From: a virus
Lineage: Duplodnaviria; Caudoviricetes
IMG/VR virus record: IMGVR_UViG_3300028585_000020
Location: 1 to 64,000 of that record
DNA length: 64,000 bases
Strand: one strand, 5' to 3'
Shown here: positions 1 to 7,280 of the stretch, piece by piece
Numbering within the stretch: position 1 is the first letter of the stretch
Layout of the letters: each line of letters opens with the position of its first letter
Notes under the pieces: model-generated
Databases searched by the model: none
Seen by the model: the letters and a program-made list of their open reading frames with translations, nothing else
Told to the model about the DNA's origin: nothing
Made by a program: the position numbers and the translations under genes

Positions 1-42
1 ACAACACAGCAAGGCATTGCACGGGGGATTGTAAGAAACTTG

Positions 43-70
43 TTGACATGTACTGTTGAAGGAGTAGAAT
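43..70 (+). promoter_or_regulatory. sigma70-like promoter
   Basis: TTGACA (43-48), 16 nt, TAGAAT (65-70), upstream of first ORF. Confidence 0.6.
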
Positions 71-108
71 AGAACTCATTGGAAGACAACATAGCAACGG
101 AGCCTGAA

Positions 109-447
109 ATGACCATCGCCAAACAAGATTGCAAATGCTGCCACTGCAAAGCAACCATCAAAGCTGGCGAACAGATGTCGTGGTACAAACACACTACGCA
201 ATCGAATGGTCATTTGTCTAAAGGCGCTGTACAGTGGAAGCCTACATGCAATGACAGCAAAGCATGTGGTGGGCGTATGGGCAATGCCTACCTTGCAAAA
301 GAGGCTGAGAAGGCGCAGAAAGATGCGCAAGAGATGATTGATTCGATGCGTGCTGGAGTCATGCACGGTGTTGCTATGGAGTTTCCTGCTAGTGCTATAG
401 AGGGGATGATTGCACTGTATGCGAGTAAGGGTATTGTTGTGGTGTGA
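109..447 (+). CDS. hypothetical protein with Cys-rich (Zn-finger-like) N-terminus
   Basis: ORF 79..447; ATG 109 has GGAG RBS; CxCCxC...GE...W...C..C pattern. Confidence 0.7.
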   Translation: MTIAKQDCKCCHCKATIKAGEQMSWYKHTTQSNGHLSKGAVQWKPTCNDSKACGGRMGNAYLAKEAEKAQKDAQEMIDSMRAGVMHGVAMEFPASAIEGMIALYASKGIVVV

Positions 448-506
448 TGATGCTAGGGAACGTTACATAAAAGAATAATTGTCGTAATTTAAACAGTAGT
501 TAAGCA

Positions 507-530
507 GGGAGCCTTTATAGCTCCCATTTT
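507..530 (+). terminator. intrinsic terminator
   Basis: GGGAGC-7nt-GCTCCC then ATTTT. Confidence 0.6.
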
Positions 531-553
531 GTCGTTTGTATATAGGAGAGAAT

Positions 554-1462
554 ATGATTGTACTAAGTTTGTTTGATGGTATCTCAGCAGGAATGATCGC
601 TTTGCAGCGAGCAGGTATCCAGGTTGATGCTTATTATGCTTCGGAGATTGACCAACATGCGATCAAGATTAGTAAGCATAATTGGCCTAACATTGTCCAA
701 GTGGGTGATGTCACTAAGGTTAGCTACAAAGATGGTACGCTGTACACGGAGAACGGAGAATTCAATGTTGGGAAGATTGATCTAGTGATTGGTGGAAGCC
801 CTTGTCAGTCAATCAGCAATCTAGGAGATGGTAGCGGCCTAGAAGGTAAGAGCGGCTTATTCTTCCACTGGTTGCGCATTAGGGATGAAATCAATCCTAC
901 GTGGTGGTTGCTGGAGAACGTCAAAGGGAACAAGAAAGCTATCGAGCAAATTACAGAACTCGTTGGCGGCAAACTGCATCGAATCAATAGTAATCTTATT
1001 AGTGCACAAAATAGGGACCGTCTGTACTGGACTAACATCAATGTCCGGCCCATGGCTGTGAAGAACATTTCTTTGCAAGACATCCTAGAAGATGATCCGA
1101 GTCCTGAAGAAACTGCACTGAAGGAAGGTCGGTACAAGTGGCTTACTGAAGGCAAGGGGCAAGATTGTTTGAAGGCACGCTATGCAGCCTTAGACCCTAT
1201 GAAAGCTAACTGTCTCACCGCACGTAGTGACGCCTCATGGAACTGCAACTATGTGACTGGTAAGGATGGTGTTGTTCGTAAGCTATCTTGTATCGAGTAC
1301 GAGCGATTGCAGACAGTGCCTGATAACTACACCCTTGTTCCTGGTGTCCACACTAGGGAGCGTTACAAGAGTCTTGGCAATGGCTGGACAGCGGATGTCG
1401 TGGCCCACATCTTCAAGGGTATGAAATACAACAACGCAGAAGAAGTTCTTAAGATTGCATAA
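554..1462 (+). CDS. DNA (cytosine-5)-methyltransferase
   Basis: Motif I SLFDGISAG, motif IV GGSPCQ, motif VI LLENV, motif VIII QNRDRLYW, motif X LGNGW; AGGAGAG RBS before ATG 554. Confidence 0.95.
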   Translation: MIVLSLFDGISAGMIALQRAGIQVDAYYASEIDQHAIKISKHNWPNIVQVGDVTKVSYKDGTLYTENGEFNVGKIDLVIGGSPCQSISNLGDGSGLEGKSGLFFHWLRIRDEINPTWWLLENVKGNKKAIEQITELVGGKLHRINSNLISAQNRDRLYWTNINVRPMAVKNISLQDILEDDPSPEETALKEGRYKWLTEGKGQDCLKARYAALDPMKANCLTARSDASWNCNYVTGKDGVVRKLSCIEYERLQTVPDNYTLVPGVHTRERYKSLGNGWTADVVAHIFKGMKYNNAEEVLKIA

Positions 1463-1533
1463 ATAGCTGTTGTGTTCTTACGGGAGTGTGCTATTCTAGA
1501 GTCATTGGAAAGCACTACTCACCGGAGAGCAAC

Positions 1534-1704
1534 ATGACAACCATCGAAATGCAAGTAGCTGAAGAAATCAAGATGCTTAAGGGCTTGGTAGCAGGTACTG
1601 AAGAGTTGATTGATGAAATGATTGATGCGGAAGATTACGAGGGATCGGCTTACGCTCGGGCTGAGTTGGAACAGTACAAGGCTGATCTGTCGCGGTATTA
1701 TTAA
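1534..1704 (+). CDS. hypothetical acidic helical protein
   Basis: ORF 1486..1704; GGAGAG RBS before ATG 1534. Confidence 0.7.
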   Translation: MTTIEMQVAEEIKMLKGLVAGTEELIDEMIDAEDYEGSAYARAELEQYKADLSRYY

Positions 1705-1713
1705 CACAGAATA

Positions 1714-1735
1714 GGCGTCCTTCGGGGCGCTTTTT
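1714..1735 (+). terminator. intrinsic terminator
   Basis: GCGTCC-TTCG-GGGCGC then TTTTT. Confidence 0.85.
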
Positions 1736-1759
1736 CGTATCTGCAACATTCTTATAACC

Positions 1760-1908
1760 ACACTCTTCAGTGTACTTTCTCTTTGCCCTAATAGTGCCTA
1801 TCGCCAATGCATAGGATAGCTGGTGGGTATCTGTCTAGACTCTGTGGTCTAGCAAAATAACCTTTCCTTCTTAGACCGTCGCAGAACTACACTCATCAGT
1901 GTACTTTC
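1760..1908. repeat. 20-bp direct repeat pair with internal palindrome
   Basis: ACACTCTTCAGTGTACTTTC (1760-1779) and ACACTCATCAGTGTACTTTC (1889-1908), one mismatch. Confidence 0.85.
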
Positions 1909-2211
1909 CCTCAGTGTGTGCAAGGTGTATTAGCGGAGTAATACAGTTACCTTTTGGCAACATGTCAAGTCTCCTTTACACCCTCCAGTCACAGCCAATC
2001 CCCACATTCCCGCAGCAGGACATCACACAGGGGCTATCCAGCGTGGCGAGACAGGGCTATCTTGCAGGAGGGCCAGTGGCTGGCACAGACACCCTCACAG
2101 AGGGCCGGAGAGGGGCCTAGGAGGCGATGAAATGGGGAGTGTGTGGGTGACACAGGGGCAAGAGGGCGACAGCTTGGAGCGTGGTGGAGTAAGCTACTGG
2201 CCAGATAAAAT

Positions 2212-2237
2212 AACCTGTAAGCGGTCGTCTACAGGTT
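2212..2237. repeat. inverted repeat, candidate recombinase-binding site
   Basis: AACCTGTA-10nt-TACAGGTT; the function is inference. Confidence 0.6.
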
Positions 2238-2341
2238 GCTCGATATTTTCCTAGCCAAAGAGGGGGCGTTTTGGGTGACAGCGATGGCTATTAAGCAACA
2301 CAACCGCCTCTGCCAAGTTTCCAGAAAGTACCCTTAAATGC

Positions 2342-2373
2342 AAAAAAAGGAGGTATGCCCGAAAGCACCCTCC
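2342..2373 (-). terminator. intrinsic terminator of resolvase operon
   Basis: GGAGG..TGC/GCA..CCTCC hairpin with 7-A run on + (U tract on -). Confidence 0.65.
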
Positions 2374-2463
2374 TAATCGCATGTTACCATAGATATATTT
2401 TTGATATTAAATTAGAAATTTTCTTTTAGAATCAGTCGCTTGCAAAAATTTTTAAAATAAAAT

Positions 2464-3123
2464 TTACCACCTAGCAATAATGTTTCGGACAGTCGAAGTA
2501 TGCCAGTTTTTACCCATAACTGTAAGTTTCTCTTGGGCATTCAACTCGTCAGCGATCTGCTTCAGAGTCATGCCTGATTTCTGGTAGGCTTGGATAGTCA
2601 CTTTCATACTTTGAGCGAAGGCATCAGCACGTTTCTTTTGAGATTCCTGTCCGAGCTTCTGAGCTTCCTTCAAGTTGACTCGGTTTCCCAGCACAACTCC
2701 GCGTGCTTTTGCAGCAGCTAGTCCCGCCTTGGTGCGGATACCAATCATCTTACGTTCCTTGACAGCAAGACCTGCAAAGACAGTCCCAATGAACTCGTCA
2801 GGGTTCGCACCAAGATCAATCGACATGACTAATTTCTTCTGATGCATCAGGTTGTCAATCACACTAAGGTCACGACTGCAACGGTCGGTCTTGGTGACAA
2901 CAACTTGAGCTTTCATCTGTTTTGCCATTGCCAAGGCCGCAGACATCACAGGACGATCACGGAGAGGCCAACTACCAGAGGCCACTTCATCCATAATTGT
3001 AACGATATTGTAACCGTTGAGCTCGGCCCAACGTTCAATCTCTGCTCGTTGCCCTTCAAGACCATTCTTGGACAGTCCTTGATGGCGGGTTGAGACTCGG
3101 CACACACCAATGATATTTTTCAT
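2464..3123 (-). CDS. serine recombinase (resolvase/invertase family) with C-terminal recombinase-type HTH
   Basis: N-terminal CRVST (catalytic Ser), DEVASG...DRP, VTKTDRCSRD, helix E ER.MI..RTKAGL, C-terminal IADELN...W..STV. Confidence 0.93.
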   Translation of the reverse strand: MKNIIGVCRVSTRHQGLSKNGLEGQRAEIERWAELNGYNIVTIMDEVASGSWPLRDRPVMSAALAMAKQMKAQVVVTKTDRCSRDLSVIDNLMHQKKLVMSIDLGANPDEFIGTVFAGLAVKERKMIGIRTKAGLAAAKARGVVLGNRVNLKEAQKLGQESQKKRADAFAQSMKVTIQAYQKSGMTLKQIADELNAQEKLTVMGKNWHTSTVRNIIARW

Positions 3124-3168
3124 GCTCTGCTCCTTGGAAGATATTTGATGTGCTTAGTCTCTCACAGT

Positions 3169-3624
3169 TTAGACAACCTGTAAAGGGGTATCTGAAAATT
3201 TTAGTCTTGCCAAAATCCTGCAAATCTGAGATGATGACCACTTACCACCTCGGGATGTACTTACACCTTTGACGTTAAGAATCTCAGCTGCCTTGCTGTA
3301 GCTGCCACCTTCTTCAATAGCTTTGTGCACTTCTGTCTCTACACTTTTAGCAAATTCAAGAGCACCTTCCTTAATAATCTCGGATGCCAAATGCCTGCAT
3401 TCGCCTAGTCTTGGATTACCCAGTACAACACCTCTTTCTTTAGCTCGTTGCAATCCAAGCTTCGTTAGCTCCACATGGTCGTCTCGACGTTTGTTGTATC
3501 CACCGTGAACTAGGGCATGACAACCTCCACACAGCGGGATTGTTTTTGTTCCTCCTAATGATTCAGGTATGACATGATGTTCTTCACTGGCAAGCCTGCC
3601 ACACTCAAAGCAATATTTTTCCAT
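3169..3624 (-). CDS. HNH endonuclease fused to serine-recombinase C-terminal DNA-binding domain
   Basis: CFECG...EEHHVIP..LGG....LCGGCHALVH, then TKLGLQRAKERGVVLGN...AAEILN...GKWSSSQI matching the neighbouring resolvase C-terminus; GGAG RBS before ATG 3624. Confidence 0.85.
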   Translation of the reverse strand: MEKYCFECGRLASEEHHVIPESLGGTKTIPLCGGCHALVHGGYNKRRDDHVELTKLGLQRAKERGVVLGNPRLGECRHLASEIIKEGALEFAKSVETEVHKAIEEGGSYSKAAEILNVKGVSTSRGGKWSSSQICRILARLKFSDTPLQVV

Positions 3625-3676
3625 AGATTCTCCGTTGTAAAAACAAAAGGACTCCTTTAGAGTCCTCAACGTAAGA

Positions 3677-3710
3677 ATCTTATCACCAGAGTTGCTTTAT
3701 GTCAAATCTT
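3677..3710 (-). promoter_or_regulatory. sigma70-like promoter with AAGATTTGACA -35
   Basis: On - strand: AAGATTTGACA, 17 nt, TAAGAT. Confidence 0.75.
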
Positions 3711-3714
3711 AACA

Positions 3715-3748
3715 AAATAAAAGCCCGCCAACATTCCTGTCAGCGGGC
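3715..3748 (-). terminator. intrinsic terminator
   Basis: - strand GCCCGCTGAC-loop-GTTGGCGGGC then TTTTATTTT. Confidence 0.8.
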
Positions 3749-3753
3749 CTGTG

Positions 3754-3912
3754 TCAATCATCGTACAAATCCCACAAGTCTTCTGCGGAGATTCCTAAGT
3801 TCATGTCTACGGAGTTCTGTAACAAGTTAGAGAAGAGTGCCGCCAAGGCTGCTTCTAGTGCGAGATTGCTGGCAACGTCTGCAACACCACTCTGTGGTTT
3901 ATTTTCAGTCAT
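3754..3912 (-). CDS. hypothetical protein (52 aa)
   Basis: Manually translated MTENKPQSGVADVASNLALEAALAALFSNLL...; TGATG coupling to upstream ORF. Confidence 0.6.
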   Translation of the reverse strand: MTENKPQSGVADVASNLALEAALAALFSNLLQNSVDMNLGISAEDLWDLYDD

Positions 3913-4073
3913 CAATCCACCCACTCAAACTCATAGACATACACAGGTTCAATGTCTCCATCCTCATCCTCTACCCACACAAAATTTCTATTGTGTGTGT
4001 ACTGTGTTGGGTATACCTTTCCCAGAATGAAGTTGCCTTCCGATGTTTCGGTGATAATTTTAATTTTACCCAT
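3912..4073 (-). CDS. hypothetical protein (53 aa)
   Basis: Manually translated MGKIKIITETSEGNFILGKVYP...EFEWVD; overlapping start/stop with both neighbours. Confidence 0.65.
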   Translation of the reverse strand: MGKIKIITETSEGNFILGKVYPTQYTHNRNFVWVEDEDGDIEPVYVYEFEWVD

Positions 4074-4366
4074 CAATCATCCTCCAAACTATAAGGTCGA
4101 TCTGGTCCCTCATCCCCGAAGTCCACCACAAACACACCAGAGTCATCATTCTGATCCCCTAGTGCGGCTTCATACCCTTCTTGCCATCCATCATCAAAGC
4201 CTGTCGAGTAATCGTCTTCGCAGTCATCAATCTTACTGTGAAGCTGATTGACATCCTTAGCATGCTCCCGTAACAAATCCTCCACATCCTCCCACCGACA
4301 ATACCTACCATTGCTTAGAGGAAGTTCACCATGTTCGTTGATGTCGTAGCGTGTGATGTCAGTCAT
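4073..4366 (-). CDS. hypothetical acidic protein, paralog of next ORF
   Basis: MTDITRYDI...GRYCRWED; ORF 4073..4390. Confidence 0.75.
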   Translation of the reverse strand: MTDITRYDINEHGELPLSNGRYCRWEDVEDLLREHAKDVNQLHSKIDDCEDDYSTGFDDGWQEGYEAALGDQNDDSGVFVVDFGDEGPDRPYSLEDD

Positions 4367-4547
4367 AAGCCCTGTCACTCCAGTAGTCAATGCTTTCTTC
4401 AGCCTCGGACAGAAGGTTTTCTAGAGTGGTGATACGAGCTTCCAGACCTTTAACAACATCAAGGTAATCGCCATGTGCCACGTAGCGGCCTTTAGGGTGT
4501 TCTTCAAGACCCATGTAGCCTACGTTAAATCGTTTGATGTCAGTCAT
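4359..4547 (-). CDS. hypothetical protein, paralog of previous ORF
   Basis: MTDIKRFNV...GRYVAHGDY then coiled coil; GGAG RBS. Confidence 0.75.
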   Translation of the reverse strand: MTDIKRFNVGYMGLEEHPKGRYVAHGDYLDVVKGLEARITTLENLLSEAEESIDYWSDRAYD

Positions 4548-4732
4548 TTCTTCTCCATAGTGAAAGTGGTTGTCTGCACACATCCCTCCCAAACTTCAGA
4601 CCGTACAAGAGTGTAGTCACCAATATTTGCATTTGGATTTTGAAGAATCCATTGTGCAACGTAACATTCTCTGTTTTTGTTAAGAGTCATCAAAGCTGCG
4701 TGGACAAGCTCTGTAATCCTATCTTTCATCAC
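4544..4732 (-). CDS. hypothetical protein
   Basis: 62-aa ORF with ATGA-type overlaps in a tightly packed run. Confidence 0.7.
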   Translation of the reverse strand: MMKDRITELVHAALMTLNKNRECYVAQWILQNPNANIGDYTLVRSEVWEGCVQTTTFTMEKK

Positions 4733-5076
4733 ATCCCCTCCCTAATTTCAAGCATCAACCCCACCGCCCCGTAAAGCACCCACTCAGGATTATTCTCCAT
4801 AAAATAATCCATGCTAGTGTAATGCTCTTTCCAAGTTTCATTGGAGACACCTGTACGCTTCATGTATTTCCTAAATCCTTTTGGCGTGCAAGGCTCATTG
4901 TAAGCTGGCATCCTCACTTTGTATTTGCTGCCAAGTTCTGCCCAATGATTGCTGTCCATGTATTCCAGCTTGTATTTGTACTCATTAGCCTTGTTGTACT
5001 CAGCCGTGGCGATTCGTGCTAGACGTGCTTTCTCTAGAGAGGCTTCACGTTCCTCTTGCGTCATTTGTCCGAACAT
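4729..5076 (-). CDS. hypothetical protein
   Basis: 115-aa ORF, AAGGAG RBS. Confidence 0.75.
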   Translation of the reverse strand: MFGQMTQEEREASLEKARLARIATAEYNKANEYKYKLEYMDSNHWAELGSKYKVRMPAYNEPCTPKGFRKYMKRTGVSNETWKEHYTSMDYFMENNPEWVLYGAVGLMLEIREGM

Positions 5077-5237
5077 TGACTCTCCTTGAAGAATTTGTTC
5101 ATTGCGTTTTCAAATCTGATATTTTCTTCAATACGCAGAGGATTTTTATTCATAATCTCAGACAGCCCTCGTCGTTCCATCTCGCACGGACAGTACGGCT
5201 CTCCGTACATTGCCCCCATGCACGCACACATATCCAT
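5061..5237 (-). CDS. hypothetical protein with CxC...CxC motif (58 aa)
   Basis: Manually translated MDMCACMGAMYGEPYCPCEMERRG...; AAGGAG RBS. Confidence 0.7.
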   Translation of the reverse strand: MDMCACMGAMYGEPYCPCEMERRGLSEIMNKNPLRIEENIRFENAMNKFFKESQCSDK

Positions 5238-5269
5238 ATTTTCTCCTTAATTCAGTTGTAGTTTGAAGC

Positions 5270-5449
5270 CTAATTCCGTTTATATTTGATTACCTGATAA
5301 ATCCCATGTCCTATAGAAAACAGACTCATTCCCACTCCTAAACTCAATAGTAAAGTCACTGACCAAGGATACGTAGCCATTGCCCACGATGCGGATAGCA
5401 AGGACGACACAAGGAATATTAATAACAGGTCTGTTTTAATAATGATCAT
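5270..5449 (-). CDS. small membrane protein (59 aa, two hydrophobic segments)
   Basis: Manually translated MIIIKTDLLLIFLVSSLLSASWAMATYPWSVTLLLSLGVGMSLFSIG... Confidence 0.55.
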   Translation of the reverse strand: MIIIKTDLLLIFLVSSLLSASWAMATYPWSVTLLLSLGVGMSLFSIGHGIYQVIKYKRN

Positions 5450-5456
5450 TTATTCA

Positions 5457-5612
5457 TCATCCGTAAATACTCCTATCCCAGTTAATCATCATAATTAAAC
5501 GAGTTAGCATCTTCCAGCGACTAATATTTTTAAAATTAATTTCTCTGCAATCTACTGAATCATTAACAATTCGTGCAGGAGGTGGTGGCGGTGGGATAAG
5601 ACTACGTTTCAT
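5457..5612 (-). CDS. hypothetical protein with poly-Pro (51 aa)
   Basis: Manually translated MKRSLIPPPPPPARIVND...; ATGA overlap with HD gene, GAGGAG upstream. Confidence 0.55.
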   Translation of the reverse strand: MKRSLIPPPPPPARIVNDSVDCREINFKNISRWKMLTRLIMMINWDRSIYG

Positions 5613-6130
5613 TTAGTCAACTCCTCAAACCTGCGAAGAAAGTTCAAATAACAAGTTCTGCTGTCCCAAGCCATAATCAAACTTGGCAGAGGCTTGATGT
5701 GTTTGTATTTGTCATCTAATGCCACTCCCGGTTGCAAGTCACGCCTTTCAGTCACAAAGGCTCGGTTGTCTGCTTCCTTGATGCACGGATGCATTGGATA
5801 CGGAATGTTAAACTTCTTGAAGATTGTCTTCAATGCAGCCTCTTGCAGCACTTTGTATTGAGGCACAAGAGCTTTCAATTGTGGAGGCAAGTCTTTCATA
5901 AATGCTTCATCAGCATCGTGCATGAGCGCTGCAAGAGCATGCTCAGGTGGCACAAGCTTACTGACAATGACGCTGTGCTGACCAACGAAATAGCCACGGT
6001 CTGATTGCCCAGTGAAACGGGATTCGTGCGACAAACCCAAAGCAATGTCTTTGATATTGAAATCACTCATCTCAGGGGCAGCATAGTCGAAGAAGCCACC
6101 TTTGAAGAGGTTGATGGATGTGTTGTTCAT
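5609..6130 (-). CDS. HD-domain phosphohydrolase (phage 5'-deoxynucleotidase-like)
   Basis: IALGLSHESRFTG...VGQHSV...ALMHDADEAFMKD...IKEADNRAF. Confidence 0.9.
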   Translation of the reverse strand: MNNTSINLFKGGFFDYAAPEMSDFNIKDIALGLSHESRFTGQSDRGYFVGQHSVIVSKLVPPEHALAALMHDADEAFMKDLPPQLKALVPQYKVLQEAALKTIFKKFNIPYPMHPCIKEADNRAFVTERRDLQPGVALDDKYKHIKPLPSLIMAWDSRTCYLNFLRRFEELTK

Positions 6131-6426
6131 TCTGCTTGCCCCTTGAAATCAGCATCTGAGTAAGCACCGTCCAGAACATTCTTAAATTCTTGAAGCTCTG
6201 AAATAAGAGTGCTCAACTTATGGCGATTGTTTTCTATGTCAGACTTATTACTTGCGTAGAAATCAAGCTCAATCTTCCTTCCGCAATCAGTGATACAGAA
6301 AGTTGCACAGACACTTCTATAGAAAGTTTCTTCATCAGGCTTATAACTGACATCAGCCTCAAACGCTGCCATACCTTCATTTTGATTCAGAAATCCACGT
6401 TTGTAGTATTTCACTTCGTTCGACAT
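6127..6426 (-). CDS. hypothetical protein
   Basis: 99-aa ORF, AAGGAGG RBS. Confidence 0.8.
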   Translation of the reverse strand: MSNEVKYYKRGFLNQNEGMAAFEADVSYKPDEETFYRSVCATFCITDCGRKIELDFYASNKSDIENNRHKLSTLISELQEFKNVLDGAYSDADFKGQAE

Positions 6427-6454
6427 ATTTCCTCCTTAATTAGCTAACACCCCT

Positions 6455-6483
6455 ACTGTACAACAATCCGTAAGAATGCACAA
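6455..6483 (-). promoter_or_regulatory. sigma70-like promoter carrying TTCTTACG in spacer
   Basis: TTGTGC, 17 nt, TACAGT on - strand. Confidence 0.5.
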
Positions 6484-6513
6484 GAATTATTTTGTTGTGT
6501 AAAAGTGACGGAC

Positions 6514-6537
6514 AAATAAAAGCCGCCCGAAGGCGGC
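6514..6537 (-). terminator. intrinsic terminator
   Basis: GCCGCC-TTCG-GGCGGC then TTTTATTT on - strand. Confidence 0.9.
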
Positions 6538-6541
6538 AATG

Positions 6542-7270
6542 TTAAGACTTCTTAACTCGTGGCTTGCGTGGAGCTTGCCTCGGCTTTGGCATCGCAACTG
6601 GGTTAGCTTCCATCTTAGCAATGGCAGCATTCACTTCTTCAAGAACATCAACTAGTTGTTCCTCTTCTTCCAAAGAAGCTTGGAAGGCTTGGAGCTTCAT
6701 AGCGATGTACTCGTTACGATTGTTATGGCGTTGCACCCATTCCTCAGAATCCAACCAGATGTCAACACCTTTGATAAGATTCTCAATCTCAACTTCATTG
6801 AGGAATCCTTCGTAGGCATTGCGCATCACTTTTTCCATCCACTTGGAAGTGAAAGCAGTTTCGCTGCGGTAGTCTGAGAACTTACCCATGCTTCCTGTGC
6901 TGCCATTGTGGAGCAAGCTGCTGAAGTTGTCAGACAGTTGGAAAGAGTCAGCAGCAAGAAGGATGATACTTGCAGCCGAGTGGCAACCTCCAGATGCCTT
7001 GCAGAAAATAGGAGCTTCGCATTCCTGCATTCCTTGTAGGAAAGTATCAGTGGCATCCAGTGATCCTCCGCAGCTTTGCAAGTGAATCACCACTTCATCA
7101 TTCTCGGAAGCATTACGCATCACTTCCAATGCACCGATAAACTGAGACGGGCTTTCAATCTGCCCGAACAGATAGATGTTATATGTGCCAGATTTGTGAG
7201 ATTCGTAGGAGATTGGGAATTGGTCAATCTCGTCATCACCTCCACGGGCTTGTTTGTTGTGTTTTTCCAA
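6542..7270 (-). CDS. ClpP-like (ClpP/crotonase fold) serine protease
   Basis: IYLFGQI, IHLQSCGGS, CHSAASIILLA (catalytic Ser), LLHN (catalytic His); TTG start after AAGGAGG. Confidence 0.85.
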   Translation of the reverse strand: MEKHNKQARGGDDEIDQFPISYESHKSGTYNIYLFGQIESPSQFIGALEVMRNASENDEVVIHLQSCGGSLDATDTFLQGMQECEAPIFCKASGGCHSAASIILLAADSFQLSDNFSSLLHNGSTGSMGKFSDYRSETAFTSKWMEKVMRNAYEGFLNEVEIENLIKGVDIWLDSEEWVQRHNNRNEYIAMKLQAFQASLEEEEQLVDVLEEVNAAIAKMEANPVAMPKPRQAPRKPRVKKS

Positions 7271-7280
7271 GTGTTCCTCC

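Noticed and set aside
1760-1908. Mini CRISPR array from the 20-bp direct repeats
   Set aside because: Only two copies, 109-bp spacer, repeat too short, no cas genes
2464-3123. Large serine integrase or IS607 TnpA
   Set aside because: Only 219 aa, no zinc-ribbon domain, no N-terminal HTH, no tnpB
5609-6130. DatZ / Z-genome (2-aminoadenine) pathway
   Set aside because: HD motif fits the common phage deoxynucleotidase type; no PurZ in window; RNR, MTase and PolA look ordinary
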